Assembly (NCBI GenBank): GCA_964035545.1
Contig: OZ037765.1
Coordinates: 17,546,995 to 17,610,994 of the forward strand
DNA length: 64,000 nucleotides
Reading direction: 5' to 3'
Source of the DNA: Bugula neritina
Taxonomy: Eukaryota; Animalia; Bryozoa
The notes under the pieces were generated by a model. The model did no database searches, was not told the origin of the DNA, and was given only the letters and a program-made list of their open reading frames with translations. Position 1 is the first letter of the stretch; each line of letters begins with the position of its first letter. Shown one piece after another: positions 50,801-62,800 of the stretch. Made by a program: the position numbers and the translations under genes.

Positions 50801-53800
50801 CTGAAATACATACAACGTTGGTGCCTCTGCCTGTCTGCACACCAAGGCTATTTGACTGAGAATTACTGGATACAGAAGATTCAGGTTTCCTATCCGGTAT
50901 ATAAATAAAATCTCCATTTCTACAGTAGAATTAGTAACATGACAGCAGTGCAGGCAGCAGTATAGTTGGTACTAAATAAGAAGAAGCATGCTGTTCTGGC
51001 CAGTGATATACTAAACTTGAATGGGTTTAATAAATTCTTTATTCTAAACTGCTGCCTAAAAAAACGCTGAGCTTCAATCCCACAGTCATTCCATGATAAA
51101 TTTTAAAACAATACTAATTGATATAAAAGAAAGTTGATGAGCAATTATAAAAGCCATGCTCATTACTTTTTTAGTACATATAATAATTCAAAGCTGCAAC
51201 AATAAAGGTAATTTAAACAACTATAAGATTTTAGTGAGGTGGTGAGACACAATACCCATTGTTCATCTCTTCCTCGTCATCTTCACCGTCCGCCCACACA
51301 GCAGGCTTCAACAGACTGGAGACATCAAGTTCAATGATCTCTCTATGCGTGGCAGCTGCGATATTCGTCTCCAAATTAGAGTTGAGACAGAATGCGCTAA
51401 CAACATCCACATCTTTGTGAATGACCTTCACCTCAAATCTCTTCGAGTCCAACTAAAAACGTAAATAATTACTTGTCACAGTATTTGACAATTGTATTTG
51501 AACCAAAATAACTAACACTTATTCTGCTGATTACTAGTTTGAATAATCATCATTCTACCAGCTCAGTATATTTTAAAATAGAATACAAAGAAGATAAACT
51601 TGGCAAAACAAGCAGTACATAATAATATGGGACAGTGAGACATGCCACCTCCATTGAGCTGCTAGGGGGTGGCTTATTCTTCTTGCCAAATAAATAGAGT
51701 CTAAAGACTGGGTGAAGATGTTCCTGGCTGATGAGGTAAAACCAGAGGCGTCTGCAAGGCAAGGCTGAGTGTTGACTAGATCTGCAATATAACATTACAA
51801 GTGTATCGCCAATAGTATAGCCTAATATTATAGTGTATTCAGATCTACTCATACGTACATCTATAGATAGGAAAGAAAACTCCCGATATTCTTTCCAGTA
51901 TGTAACCAAGTTGATGTAAATAGACAATAGCCAGAAACGTCTGCAGCACTTTAGCCACTAATCATTCTCAAAATAAGTGTAGGGCCACACGACACGTCTT
52001 GCAACGAGCGTGACGTGCGAGAAATCTCATTTAGCCCAAAAATTGGACATTGCGTGCGGATTTTCAAGCGTCTAACATGCTGAACAAGAAGTGCGACACG
52101 CTTGTGCGACACAGTCTGATCTAATTGGCTTATTACCATGTAATATTTAGCGAGCACATTTTTTTATTTTAATTTACGATTTAACTTCTAGCGAGCTGAA
52201 CTAAAACAGTTTTATATGTTTTGCATTTTCGTTTTTATAATATCCAAATCCGATGACGTAGTTTAAAAACAAATGTCTGTAGGCGAGCAGTAAAGTTAAA
52301 CACTAACATCATTGGCTAATAATGTTTTTGCACTCGCAACACATGCACTGTGTGTGGCAGGTCACTAGCGTGTATTCTAATGAGATTTCCCGCATGTCAT
52401 GCTCACGTAAAACGCGTCGTGTGGCCCTACACTAATAATTCAAGTAACAGCAGTAAAGAAGTTTAGTTGTAAAAATCCAATATAGCCCTGCTGTATATAC
52501 AAAAGCAAACATGGTTGAGTATTCCCCAGGCTAAGCACTTGGCTTTGCAAAAATAAAACAATACACAGCTGCTTGTTATTGCATTTTCAACTTCTGCTGT
52601 TTTGCTACATTTTCAAAAATCAGCAAAAGTAACACCCCAACAAGTAACTAGAAAGACAGCGTCATGTGACGCATGTACCGGTACAAGCAGCTACGAACTC
52701 CCACCTGAATGGAGTATTGTCTGCACTGAGCATAGATCTGTATTTCTGCTTTGAAGCTCCAAAAGCATTTGTATCTTTTTTCAAGCCCGGGATATAGTTG
52801 GGTGGAGGAGACTCCAGCTTGTCCATGCACACAGTAAGTTGATTCTCCCAACACTCGAGATTTCTCAGCAGAGAATGGAGAAGGGGTGAACAACTAGGAA
52901 GGTCTGCAAAGAATCGGCATACGGAGAGATGGCATACGGAGAGATGGCATACAGAGAGATGGCATACAGAGAGATGGCATACAGAGAGATAGCATACAGA
53001 GAGATAGCATACAGAGAGATGGCATACAGAGAGATGGCATACAGAGAGATGGCATACAGAGAGATGGCATACAGATGTACAGTTGGTATGAAAATATTAT
53101 ACAGTTATTTGAAGTTAGACAACTTAAACTAACTCAAGTGATTGCTTGAATCGACTTGACTAGCTGCTCTTGTAACCAATAATTATTGATGATAAATATA
53201 ATAACAAAATTAACATTACTATATGATTGAAATTATCACTCATTATAATTCTAAATATTGACTAAATTATTTTGAATAATCATTATCATGGCTTTTAGTA
53301 GCAGGGTTATTAATTTTAGTATTTAAAGCACTTTGCCTTGCAATGATTGACCAACTGAAATAAATAACTAAAAACTAAAGTATCAGTAATCTATTTGCTC
53401 CTCTTAATTCTGTATTCTTAGTAACAGTAATTTCTAGATATTTAAACTAACAAATTCTACAACTGATTTAGCTAAAAATTTATGCATAGCAAAAAATACA
53501 TAAATGTGTCCATCAAACTAGAGTTATTAAAGAAATGACAGTTTCAGCTGAAAAGTATAATTCTATTCTATAAGGCATTCAAATCCAAACCATCTATTAA
53601 AAGTATTGCGTTGAACCTATTGATAGTTGTAAAACATAGTTAAATAATTTATACACAAAAGTTGGCCAAATCACAATGTTACAAATTGATGAAACACTCA
53701 TTTGTAAAACAATAAATGCTAACAACGCTGCTCACTTACGTTAAAGCATAACAAATGAAAATAAAAGCAGACGCTATAAACACATTCTAAGTAATGGAAT

Positions 53801-56800
53801 ACAATGAATACCTGAGGGTTCAAAGCCTATGCGAGTCAGAAATTTATTGAGAGAATAAAGGACATGCTTGACTATAGCCAGCCTCATCAAACACCATGAA
53901 TAGGAGTGTGGGTTTATATGTTCCTCGTTACCACTACAGTAGAACATAGTAGATGTATATAAACACTACAGTAGAATATAGTAGATGTATATAACACTAC
54001 AGTAGAATATAGTAGGTGTATATTAACACTACAGTAGAACATAGTAGATGTATATTAACACTACAGTAGAACATAGTAGGTGTATAATAACACTACAGTA
54101 GAACATAGTAGGTGTATATTAACACTACAGTAGAACATAGTAGGTGTATATTAACACTACAGTAGAACATAGTAGATGTATATTAACACTACAGTAGAAC
54201 ATAGTAGGTGTATATTAACACTACAGTAGAACATAGTAGGTGTATATCAACACTACAGCAGAACATAGTAGATGTATATTATCACTACAGCAGAACATAG
54301 TAGATGTATATTATCACTACAGTAGAACATAGTAGGTGTATATCAACACTACAGTAGAACATAGTAGATGTATATTAACACTACAGTAGAACATAGTAGG
54401 TGTATATTATCACTACAGTAGAACATAATAGATGTATAATATCACTACAGTAGAACACATCATCAACATTTCTGACTCACTCATCGTCCTCAGTGTCCTC
54501 ATATCCCTCCTCCTCATCCTCAGGGTCATCTGAGTCATAGTCAATTCCACAAGAAGCCAAGTCTTTCCTCGGCTTACTGAACAGGTAGTTCATCTACAAG
54601 CATGGCCAGATATTTACTAGTGAAGCCAGTATTCCAAGACGAGAGACAAAGAGCGAGTAGGGAGGGTGGACACGTACCATGCTCATCTTGGGAGGTAAGA
54701 ACTTCTCCTGGTACGTAGGCTTAGTGGAAGGTCGGGCAGGAGCTGGACTAGAAGCTGAGTTCTGGACTTTCCTCACCAGGTTGGCTCTGTGTTTGTCCAC
54801 AGCACTGGGTGAACCTGCATACACAATGCAAAGTAGTGCGCAGCTAAAACCAGGAGAAGACAACAACCAAAACATATAAGTTTGTAGTTAATTTTAGATC
54901 TGAATTTGAAAAAACTCTCAACACTCGAGTAAAATATGCTAGGCATATAATGGCTTATTTCTTATATTTGCTCTTAGTAACTAGTATGTACCATCATTGC
55001 ATATCACCATGTGTACACCATGTGTATTACCAAATGTATACAGAATGGAGATCGCTTGAAGCAGCGTAAAGTTAAGGTCACGGAGTGCATTTATTGGGGG
55101 AAAGAAGGGTCTCTAGAGTTTGGATTGTGGGTTTGGAGTTCAGAAAACGATGTGTATACAAACACTGCACTCAGTAACCGCAAATTTTGTGCTGCATCTA
55201 GCAATTCCCATACAGACCGGAGTTCAGCTATTACCTTCAGCAACTGAGCTAATGCGCTGTTTGACCAGGGTCTTGATACCACCTCCAAACAGAGTAGACC
55301 ACATTCTGTCCTTGAACTCTAGAGCAGTGAGTCGATACAAGACGTTTGTCTCGTAGAATGTCAGGGCGTGTATCAACACAGACAGGTAGACAGCGAAGAA
55401 GGATTCGCACAGCAAGAGAGATAACTTCGGGGCGTCGTTGTCTCTCTCCCTTTTCAACATTGCTACTAGCTGCGTCGTACCTGCAAGATATTTTACAGAC
55501 TATACACCTGAACTCTGGATTATTACTGTGTGAGAGTTGAAGAAGGTGCAATTAAATCATTCTAAAGAATATAATAAATAATAGAGCCTTGCAGATTACC
55601 ATCAGGGCAACTGGTTTACAGGACAATAGGACAGGTCTCATTGGAGTATTGATCTAATATATTGAATATGTAAAACATGTTAGTTAAAGAAAACAAGGAA
55701 GCTGAAAGACATAAATATTACATAATACATTTTATACCTCCTTTTTAACTATAAGCAAAACAATGTTACCATGTAGTTTTCACCTGGCCATTTAGTTGGG
55801 GAGGTTTCAGGGAATTCCTCCTTACTGTCCTTGACATTGTGAGTAGAATGCTTGCTCTTAGCACCAGCCATAAGACAGCTGTCTTTATATACTACTGACG
55901 TGCTGATGCTATAATTAACCAAGGATATATTATGATAATATATACAATGTATTGTATTTCTATTTGATAACCACTGTATATTACCACTGTGTATTATAAC
56001 TGCATTAAATATGTATTAAATTTTAGAATATACACAATGCATTATATATTATATATTATACATGTAAGTGAATATATATTCAATAATCCAAATCTTAAGC
56101 CAAATGACTTAAAATAAAACCTAAAGCTATTGGAACCACAAAATATATGTTTTAACACTGAACTAGTTGTAAACATCAAGTCAAAGAACAAAAATGTATT
56201 TTATAATTTTGCCCAAGCTAATAGGCAGCTTTTTTTACAGAATGACATGAAATTCAGCATTCCAAGTTGAATGTGAACTAGTTTACTGAGTTTCCAGTAT
56301 AGTCAACTGTAGTAAGTTACCAGGGTAAGTAGCATGTATATGAACAGATAGAATATAGTAACTGCAGATCTATCTACACATCTATCTACATATCTATTTA
56401 CATATCTACCTACACATCCATCTACTTGCCACAGATACAAGATCTTCATACTTACTTAGTAAAGCCCTCTAAGCCAACATCATTGTTCATCTTCTCAACC
56501 ACTATGCTATCACTATCACAGAGACACTCGTATATGCATGAAGACAACGCTGTACTCAGATTCCTACACAAACATAAGAAGTCGTGTCTCAAAAACCAAA
56601 ACACTGGCCAGTGTTAAAACAGACAATATTTGTTTTCTTGAGCATTGAATTTGGGATCAAATCTTAATTAAAAGCTGACTTTATGTAAAAGGTGCTCAAA
56701 CATGACATTCCATGTTCACAAAATATGCAACACTAACAAACACTGGTGAAACAGTCATTTACCATTATCAACCATAGCAATGTTTTAATCAACCAAGATT

Positions 56801-59800
56801 CAGCCTTGAGTTGAAGTAGTGATAAAACAAATATATTTATGGTGTTCGAAGCAGTTGATTTGTATATGAAGCTGATAACTGAGAAGTAGATGATACCTGA
56901 GAGTCATGACTAGCTGCAGATTGCCAGTGTAGTCTGGCATTTTCTGCACAGAGATGATCGTGCTGAGCATCTCCTTGATGAAGCTCTGCAGATACGATAT
57001 AGGGTCGACAATGACAGTCTTACTGGACGATACGCTAGCTGACAGCAGCGGCAGCGTTGTCGGGAAAGGAAGAGGAGAGAGCAGCTGCTTCTGAGTTCTG
57101 TCCTGCTGCAACTCCTGAAACATTCATTACTCACAGCTTTGGCCATTGGATCAATTCTGTGTAATCATTTAGCAAACAGTTCAGGAGGGTTGATATAACA
57201 TCAACTTTCTGCTGCTCTTTCAGATTGTTATATTTTTGGTGTGTTGTGTAGTGTAATGATCTGTGACAAGATGGTAATGATTGGTAATGAGTTACATTGT
57301 TGGTTCGTTAGGTACAACTACTAAGAACATAAATGGTAATAACACCGTGGAATCTAGAGACTAACTGTTTAGAAAGTACATAAAAATTATATATACAAGA
57401 TGCTGACTGTGACAATATCAAGGAAATCATGGTTAACATAGATCTACTAGTTGTAGTTATTAGGTATAATAAGACATCATGAATTCTAGTTGACACAGAT
57501 GTAAGTGTGCTTCTAGTAACTGAGACTTTAAAAAAAACATTAAAATTGAAATTGACCATGCCTCGGCCACTTCATTCATGAAACTGAGAAACGACTAATT
57601 AGCAGAGAAGAGAAAAGATGAACCTGTAGCAGAAGGATGAGCTCCATCTTGATACACGCGAGGCCACCACCACTAGCACCGTACAGACTGCAATATGTGA
57701 GGAGAGTTCGCAGTAGCTGCTGGTTCCTTCTCAGCCACTGCTTACGTCTCGCCATCCTTTGCTGCTTGGCTTCAAAATCCAGTCTATCGGCTATGATAAC
57801 TTCGTGTAAGTTAGCGCGCTGTCCCTAAAGTACACAAGTTGACAACTTAACATACTCTAAAACATACTCTAAAAACTCACACAAGTTTATAGTTGCTATC
57901 TCTGTGAGAAACTCTGATGGAAAGGGTTTTTGTAAAAGCAGGCTAAGGACTTATTCAGATAATGCACAGGAGCAATTATGGCTGGATACTCTTCCTAACA
58001 TCATCAATGGCCTTTACTGGGGTTCGAACCCATGACTTTGTGCTTACTATGCCAAATGCTCTAACCCCTAGACCACGGCTGCTTCCTTCTAAAACATACT
58101 CTATAACATCTAGAATGTAAAACTTGTTCACTGAAGGAACAAATGAATATACAGTTTACATACTAGCTGAGAGTTATTCTGTGAAGATGGCCGAGTTGTG
58201 TCTCCAGAAGCAGTTCTGTCCTGATCGGAGATGGTTGGCGTTTTTGAAAAGTGCCTCATTGATGTGTCGGTTTCCACTTCGTCTATAGTATCACAGTAGT
58301 TACAGAGCACCTGCAATATTAGCACCCCTTGCTCTGAGGAAGCAGCATTATAACATATGAGTAATCCCCTTTACAATACACAAATACATAAAATATATAC
58401 ATGAATAAAACCCTCAAACTACTGAACTTACCTCTAAGACCTCTGTTTGCTTTTCCAGCCAGATGTAAAGCTGATAGCGCAGTTGGCCACCCTCAACCTC
58501 AAACCCAGTGGCAAGTGTAGCCAACTCTTCCATGGCTATTTTGAGACACGCTACAAACTTGAGTTGCTGAGCTATGATGTCAAACACTGCACCACCCGAT
58601 TCTCTCTCGTCATGTTGCTAATAATTAATATATTTAGGAATCTAACAGTTTTATAATAGGAAAAAGACAGTCAAATATAGCATTGGTTGCAACTCAGATA
58701 ATAAAAATTAAAACTTTTCAACATCAACTACAACTTAATTGAGAAAAAAAATTATATTAAAAACTTTTATATAATTTATGCAAACTAAATATTTACTTAC
58801 ATTAGAGTTCAACTGAGTAGGAGGCACTGCATCATTGACTTGAGTCGGTTTGCTCTCCGAATCAGAATCATTAGAATCTGCAATCTTTCAACAAACCCAA
58901 AGTTGAAAATACCAAACAGTCTGAATCAAGCTTCAAAGTAATTGTGAGATGTTCATTTTTGGATACTGTCCCTGTATTTCACTTATTAATATTCGTGATA
59001 TTGCAAAAAATGTATGAGTACCAATATTAAACTAAAGATTAGTATATGTATCTTACTCGTTTCATTATGAGCCCGCCTTCATCATCACTATCTGAGTCGG
59101 AATCTGAGGAGAGAGTGAAGGAAGGTGGCTCTTCCTCAGCCTTAGAAACTAGTCTACTGAAAGGGTCGGAGAGGGAGGCTCCCCAGTCCATACCTGTAAT
59201 TACAAAAGAAGTCACTGGTCAGCTGCTTAAAAAAAAATAGGAAAGGGGTGTAATGCGTGAAGGCTTTCTCTCTAGAATAAAGATAAATGGATCGAGAAAG
59301 TGTATCCAGAGAAATATAACTATGAAAGTATACTATGAGTTTATGACGTGAAGTTACAGAAATAATGCCTTTTAAAGCATTTTAGTCTCCTTATATTTTT
59401 ACAATGCATAAAACACCTCTTTAGGTATCAGCGGTTATTAAACTTTTGAAAGAAGACAACAAATGTAAGATTAGGACCTACCACCAGATGTCGCACCAAA
59501 GTCCATGAAATTGGTAGCATTTTCACTAATAGGGGTCTCGGGAATTATTTGTATGGAAGGAGCAGCGTCAGCGTCAGCTGGATCTGTTGTGTCATCATCA
59601 TCACCATTGTTCAAGTTCGCCACCTACAAGCACATGTGTAGAAATTATTACATTGCTTTAAGGAAAAGGAGCATTTCTTCAGTACAGCTCAAACACAGCT
59701 ATCATTCTTAAAGTATGGAAGTGACTATATTGGGCAATATTCAGCTCATTTATATTAATACACCACCCTAGTGTATATGTGTTTCACAACATGTTCTTTT

Positions 59801-62800
59801 TATATCAGTGGCCAACTAGTGTCTGGTCAGCAGTTTTACAGTAGGTATCGTTTAAGTTGACTATCACTATTGTTCTACTCATCACTCCAACTTTCTATTA
59901 AACATCATGTACTAGCTACAGCATGACCTGCTTTATAGTAGTCACATTGAATGGACTAGACACGGCATGTATGCAAATCTGAGCCAATCACTTAGTTACA
60001 TTCTGCAAGGATAAAACAACAGAATACCATGGGCAGTTTAGTCAGCACTTCCAGAGCTAGGGCGGGACAACCAGCCTTGAAGTGGTCGTGTGCCGTTTGG
60101 AAGTAAAGACTTCTTTCTGCTGGAGTTATACTCTCATTCAATGTTACAACCTGAAGCAACAGAAGATGCAGGCCATACAAATTATATAATCGAGTACTTA
60201 GACCTTCGTTGTTCAATAAAAGAGTTTAAGAGTCTGTAACATGATGTTATGCAACCTGTTTAGGGAAATACAAAATATATACATACATGATGAGTAAATG
60301 TTTTTATTTATAAACCTTAGATTTAAGGCCTGGCCTCACGCTCGTGAGAATCTTACGAAATCGTGTGACAATTCTCGTGAGTTATCTTCTCGTTATGACC
60401 AGCCACACACTCGTCGGATGAAACACATAATAAATAGTCCGTGAATGAGTCTTGCACGAGATACAAACCGCAGAATATTGCCAAATAGAGAAACGTGGTA
60501 GAAATGAAATAATTACTGTTGCTAAAATTCTATTAACCAATCAAATGGTGCGCATCGTCGATGGTGATTTTTCGTCCATCGTTAACCCAACGAAAACGAT
60601 TTCGTTTGCATTCCCTCAAATTTTCTCGTACGATTGTTTTTTCGTGTCAAATAGACGATTTCGTTTGATTCTCACGATCGTGAGGCCAGGCTTTAAGAGA
60701 GAGGTTTTAAGAATTCATAACACCAACATTTAGCTCTGTAATTTTACAGTGGGTGAATATGTTATGGCTGCTTGTTTTCAAACAACACATTGTCATACAT
60801 TAGAAAAGCCTTAAAACCTATAAAAAAAGCTAGATGTATTTACAAGGAACTGCAGTAATTTAGCTAACAAAAGATTAGTTACTTGGAGAGCAACCGGTAA
60901 ATTATGCAGTAGAATCATTTCACTAATTAATTAGTGAAATAAATTAATAGCTTTCATTTGTAAGAAAACAATTGACTTTATAATACATGGTTGCTGTCGC
61001 TATTTTATATTACAAATTAGCCAGTAACTTTAATTCTGTTGGCACCACTATCTGACACTACATATAGAATCAATGAGACGTCAGCTACCTTATCTGATTC
61101 AGCATGACTGTGACTAAAACCAGAAAGCATGGCTGCTGCCCCCATCCCTTTGCTGTCAGCATGGGAGGCAAGTTTCTGTCTGAGAAGTAAAGGGTGAGTT
61201 CTCAAGTAGTTATAGAAGTTGAACACAGATGCCTTTGTTCTTTCTGTAAATGAAATAATATAATAAGATTAATTAAATTCGAATATTTCACATTTGTAGC
61301 AGTTATTTAAGATTTTAATTTAAAATGTGGAATACCAAATAAAGCAGAAAAAAACCATCATAGTAAAAGCGAACGGAATACAAACTAAAGATTTATAATA
61401 AGATAGGAGCAAGCTTTAGCAAGTTACTAAAACAACGAATGTCATTGCAATTAATATTCTTTCACTAAACCCACAATAAAGAGTTGTCTCATTTAACCAC
61501 CGGTAATAGAAGTTAATAAATTGAGGTATCCAAGACCAATTTAGACAGTAAACTGTTGGCTGGTAAATAGATTCACCTGTAACACTGAGTTTATTATCAA
61601 AAATACAAACATGACACAAAAAGTTTATAAAGATTTATACTCACGCATATATTCTGCGTATTCAGGATGCGCAACTCCAATATCTCTCACTAGCAATGTA
61701 GAAAGACTTCGCTTATACTCCTTACACATCCACAAAGCTATACTCCTTAGAAATGGGTCAGGGTGACACAAATCCTCATCTCTTTTCTCTCCACCCAATA
61801 TCTAGTGTGTTTTAATAAGTCAACAGCTTTTAATAAAATTAAGAGAAGCATATTTGACTATTTTATTAAAACGAAACTGGATTTTCAATTCAAAATCTTA
61901 AGTCAGCTTCACATTTTAAAGGGTGGAATGTACAAGATTAAAATAGCCAATGGCAGTTATTGAAGTAATATACTATAGCACCTGTCAAGAGGGTCTGATA
62001 TTATTCTTCTCTTCTACTATTTATAGTAATAAATATAATTCACAGAAAAAAATAACACATTTTTTTAAATAAACAAATAGAGAACCACACATGATATATA
62101 AAGGAGATAATTCTCAAAGTTCCATAGACGCAGAGATTAACTCTCAGTTACAAGAGAGACCATACACAGCTGTATGATACAATATAACAGCACAAACCCG
62201 TTCATCCAGAATCTGTTTAACAGCTGGAGAGAGTCCGGTGTCTATGAGGTCACTACTGTACAGCTTTGATATGACGATAGCCAGCTGTAGGTCATTCAGT
62301 TTAGAGATGCATATCTACAGCAAGAAAGCAGCACCATTCACCTGTGCAGTAAGTATCTAAAGTAAGAGCAGTATGACAAACGTTCTACTAACAGCCAACT
62401 TACGTCAACGGCATCTCGGAGTGATCCAGCAAGAAGAAAAAAGGCGGCAGCGTGCAGAAACCTTTGCAGACCAAGCAAAGCGTAAGCATTTTTCAATGCA
62501 GCTTTTCGCCACCTGTCCTCAGTAAAATCATTCTTGAAGAACTTCTGCATTTTTTCATCACTCACAGACCTGCATATGATAGTAGCATCAGATATCTGCT
62601 GACAAAACAAATATCTGAACAGCCCCAATAAACTAAGAATGAGTATAGTCAGCGGTGTCCGTGGTCTAGGGTTTAAAGCGTTAGCTTAGTAAACACAAAA
62701 GTCATAAGTTCAAATCCCAGTTAAGGCTATTGGTGATGTTAGGAAGAGTATCCAGTCATAATTGCTCCTGTGTCACATATGAATAAGTCTTTAGCCTGCC

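Noticed and set aside
52929-53132. ORF encoding (MAYRE)n
   Set aside because: It is a by-product of a 15-bp minisatellite antisense to a DMXL intron, with no other sign of coding.
53932-54457. Regularly spaced 32-bp repeats resembling a CRISPR array
   Set aside because: The units are contiguous with no unique spacers, there are no cas genes, and the context is a eukaryotic intron.
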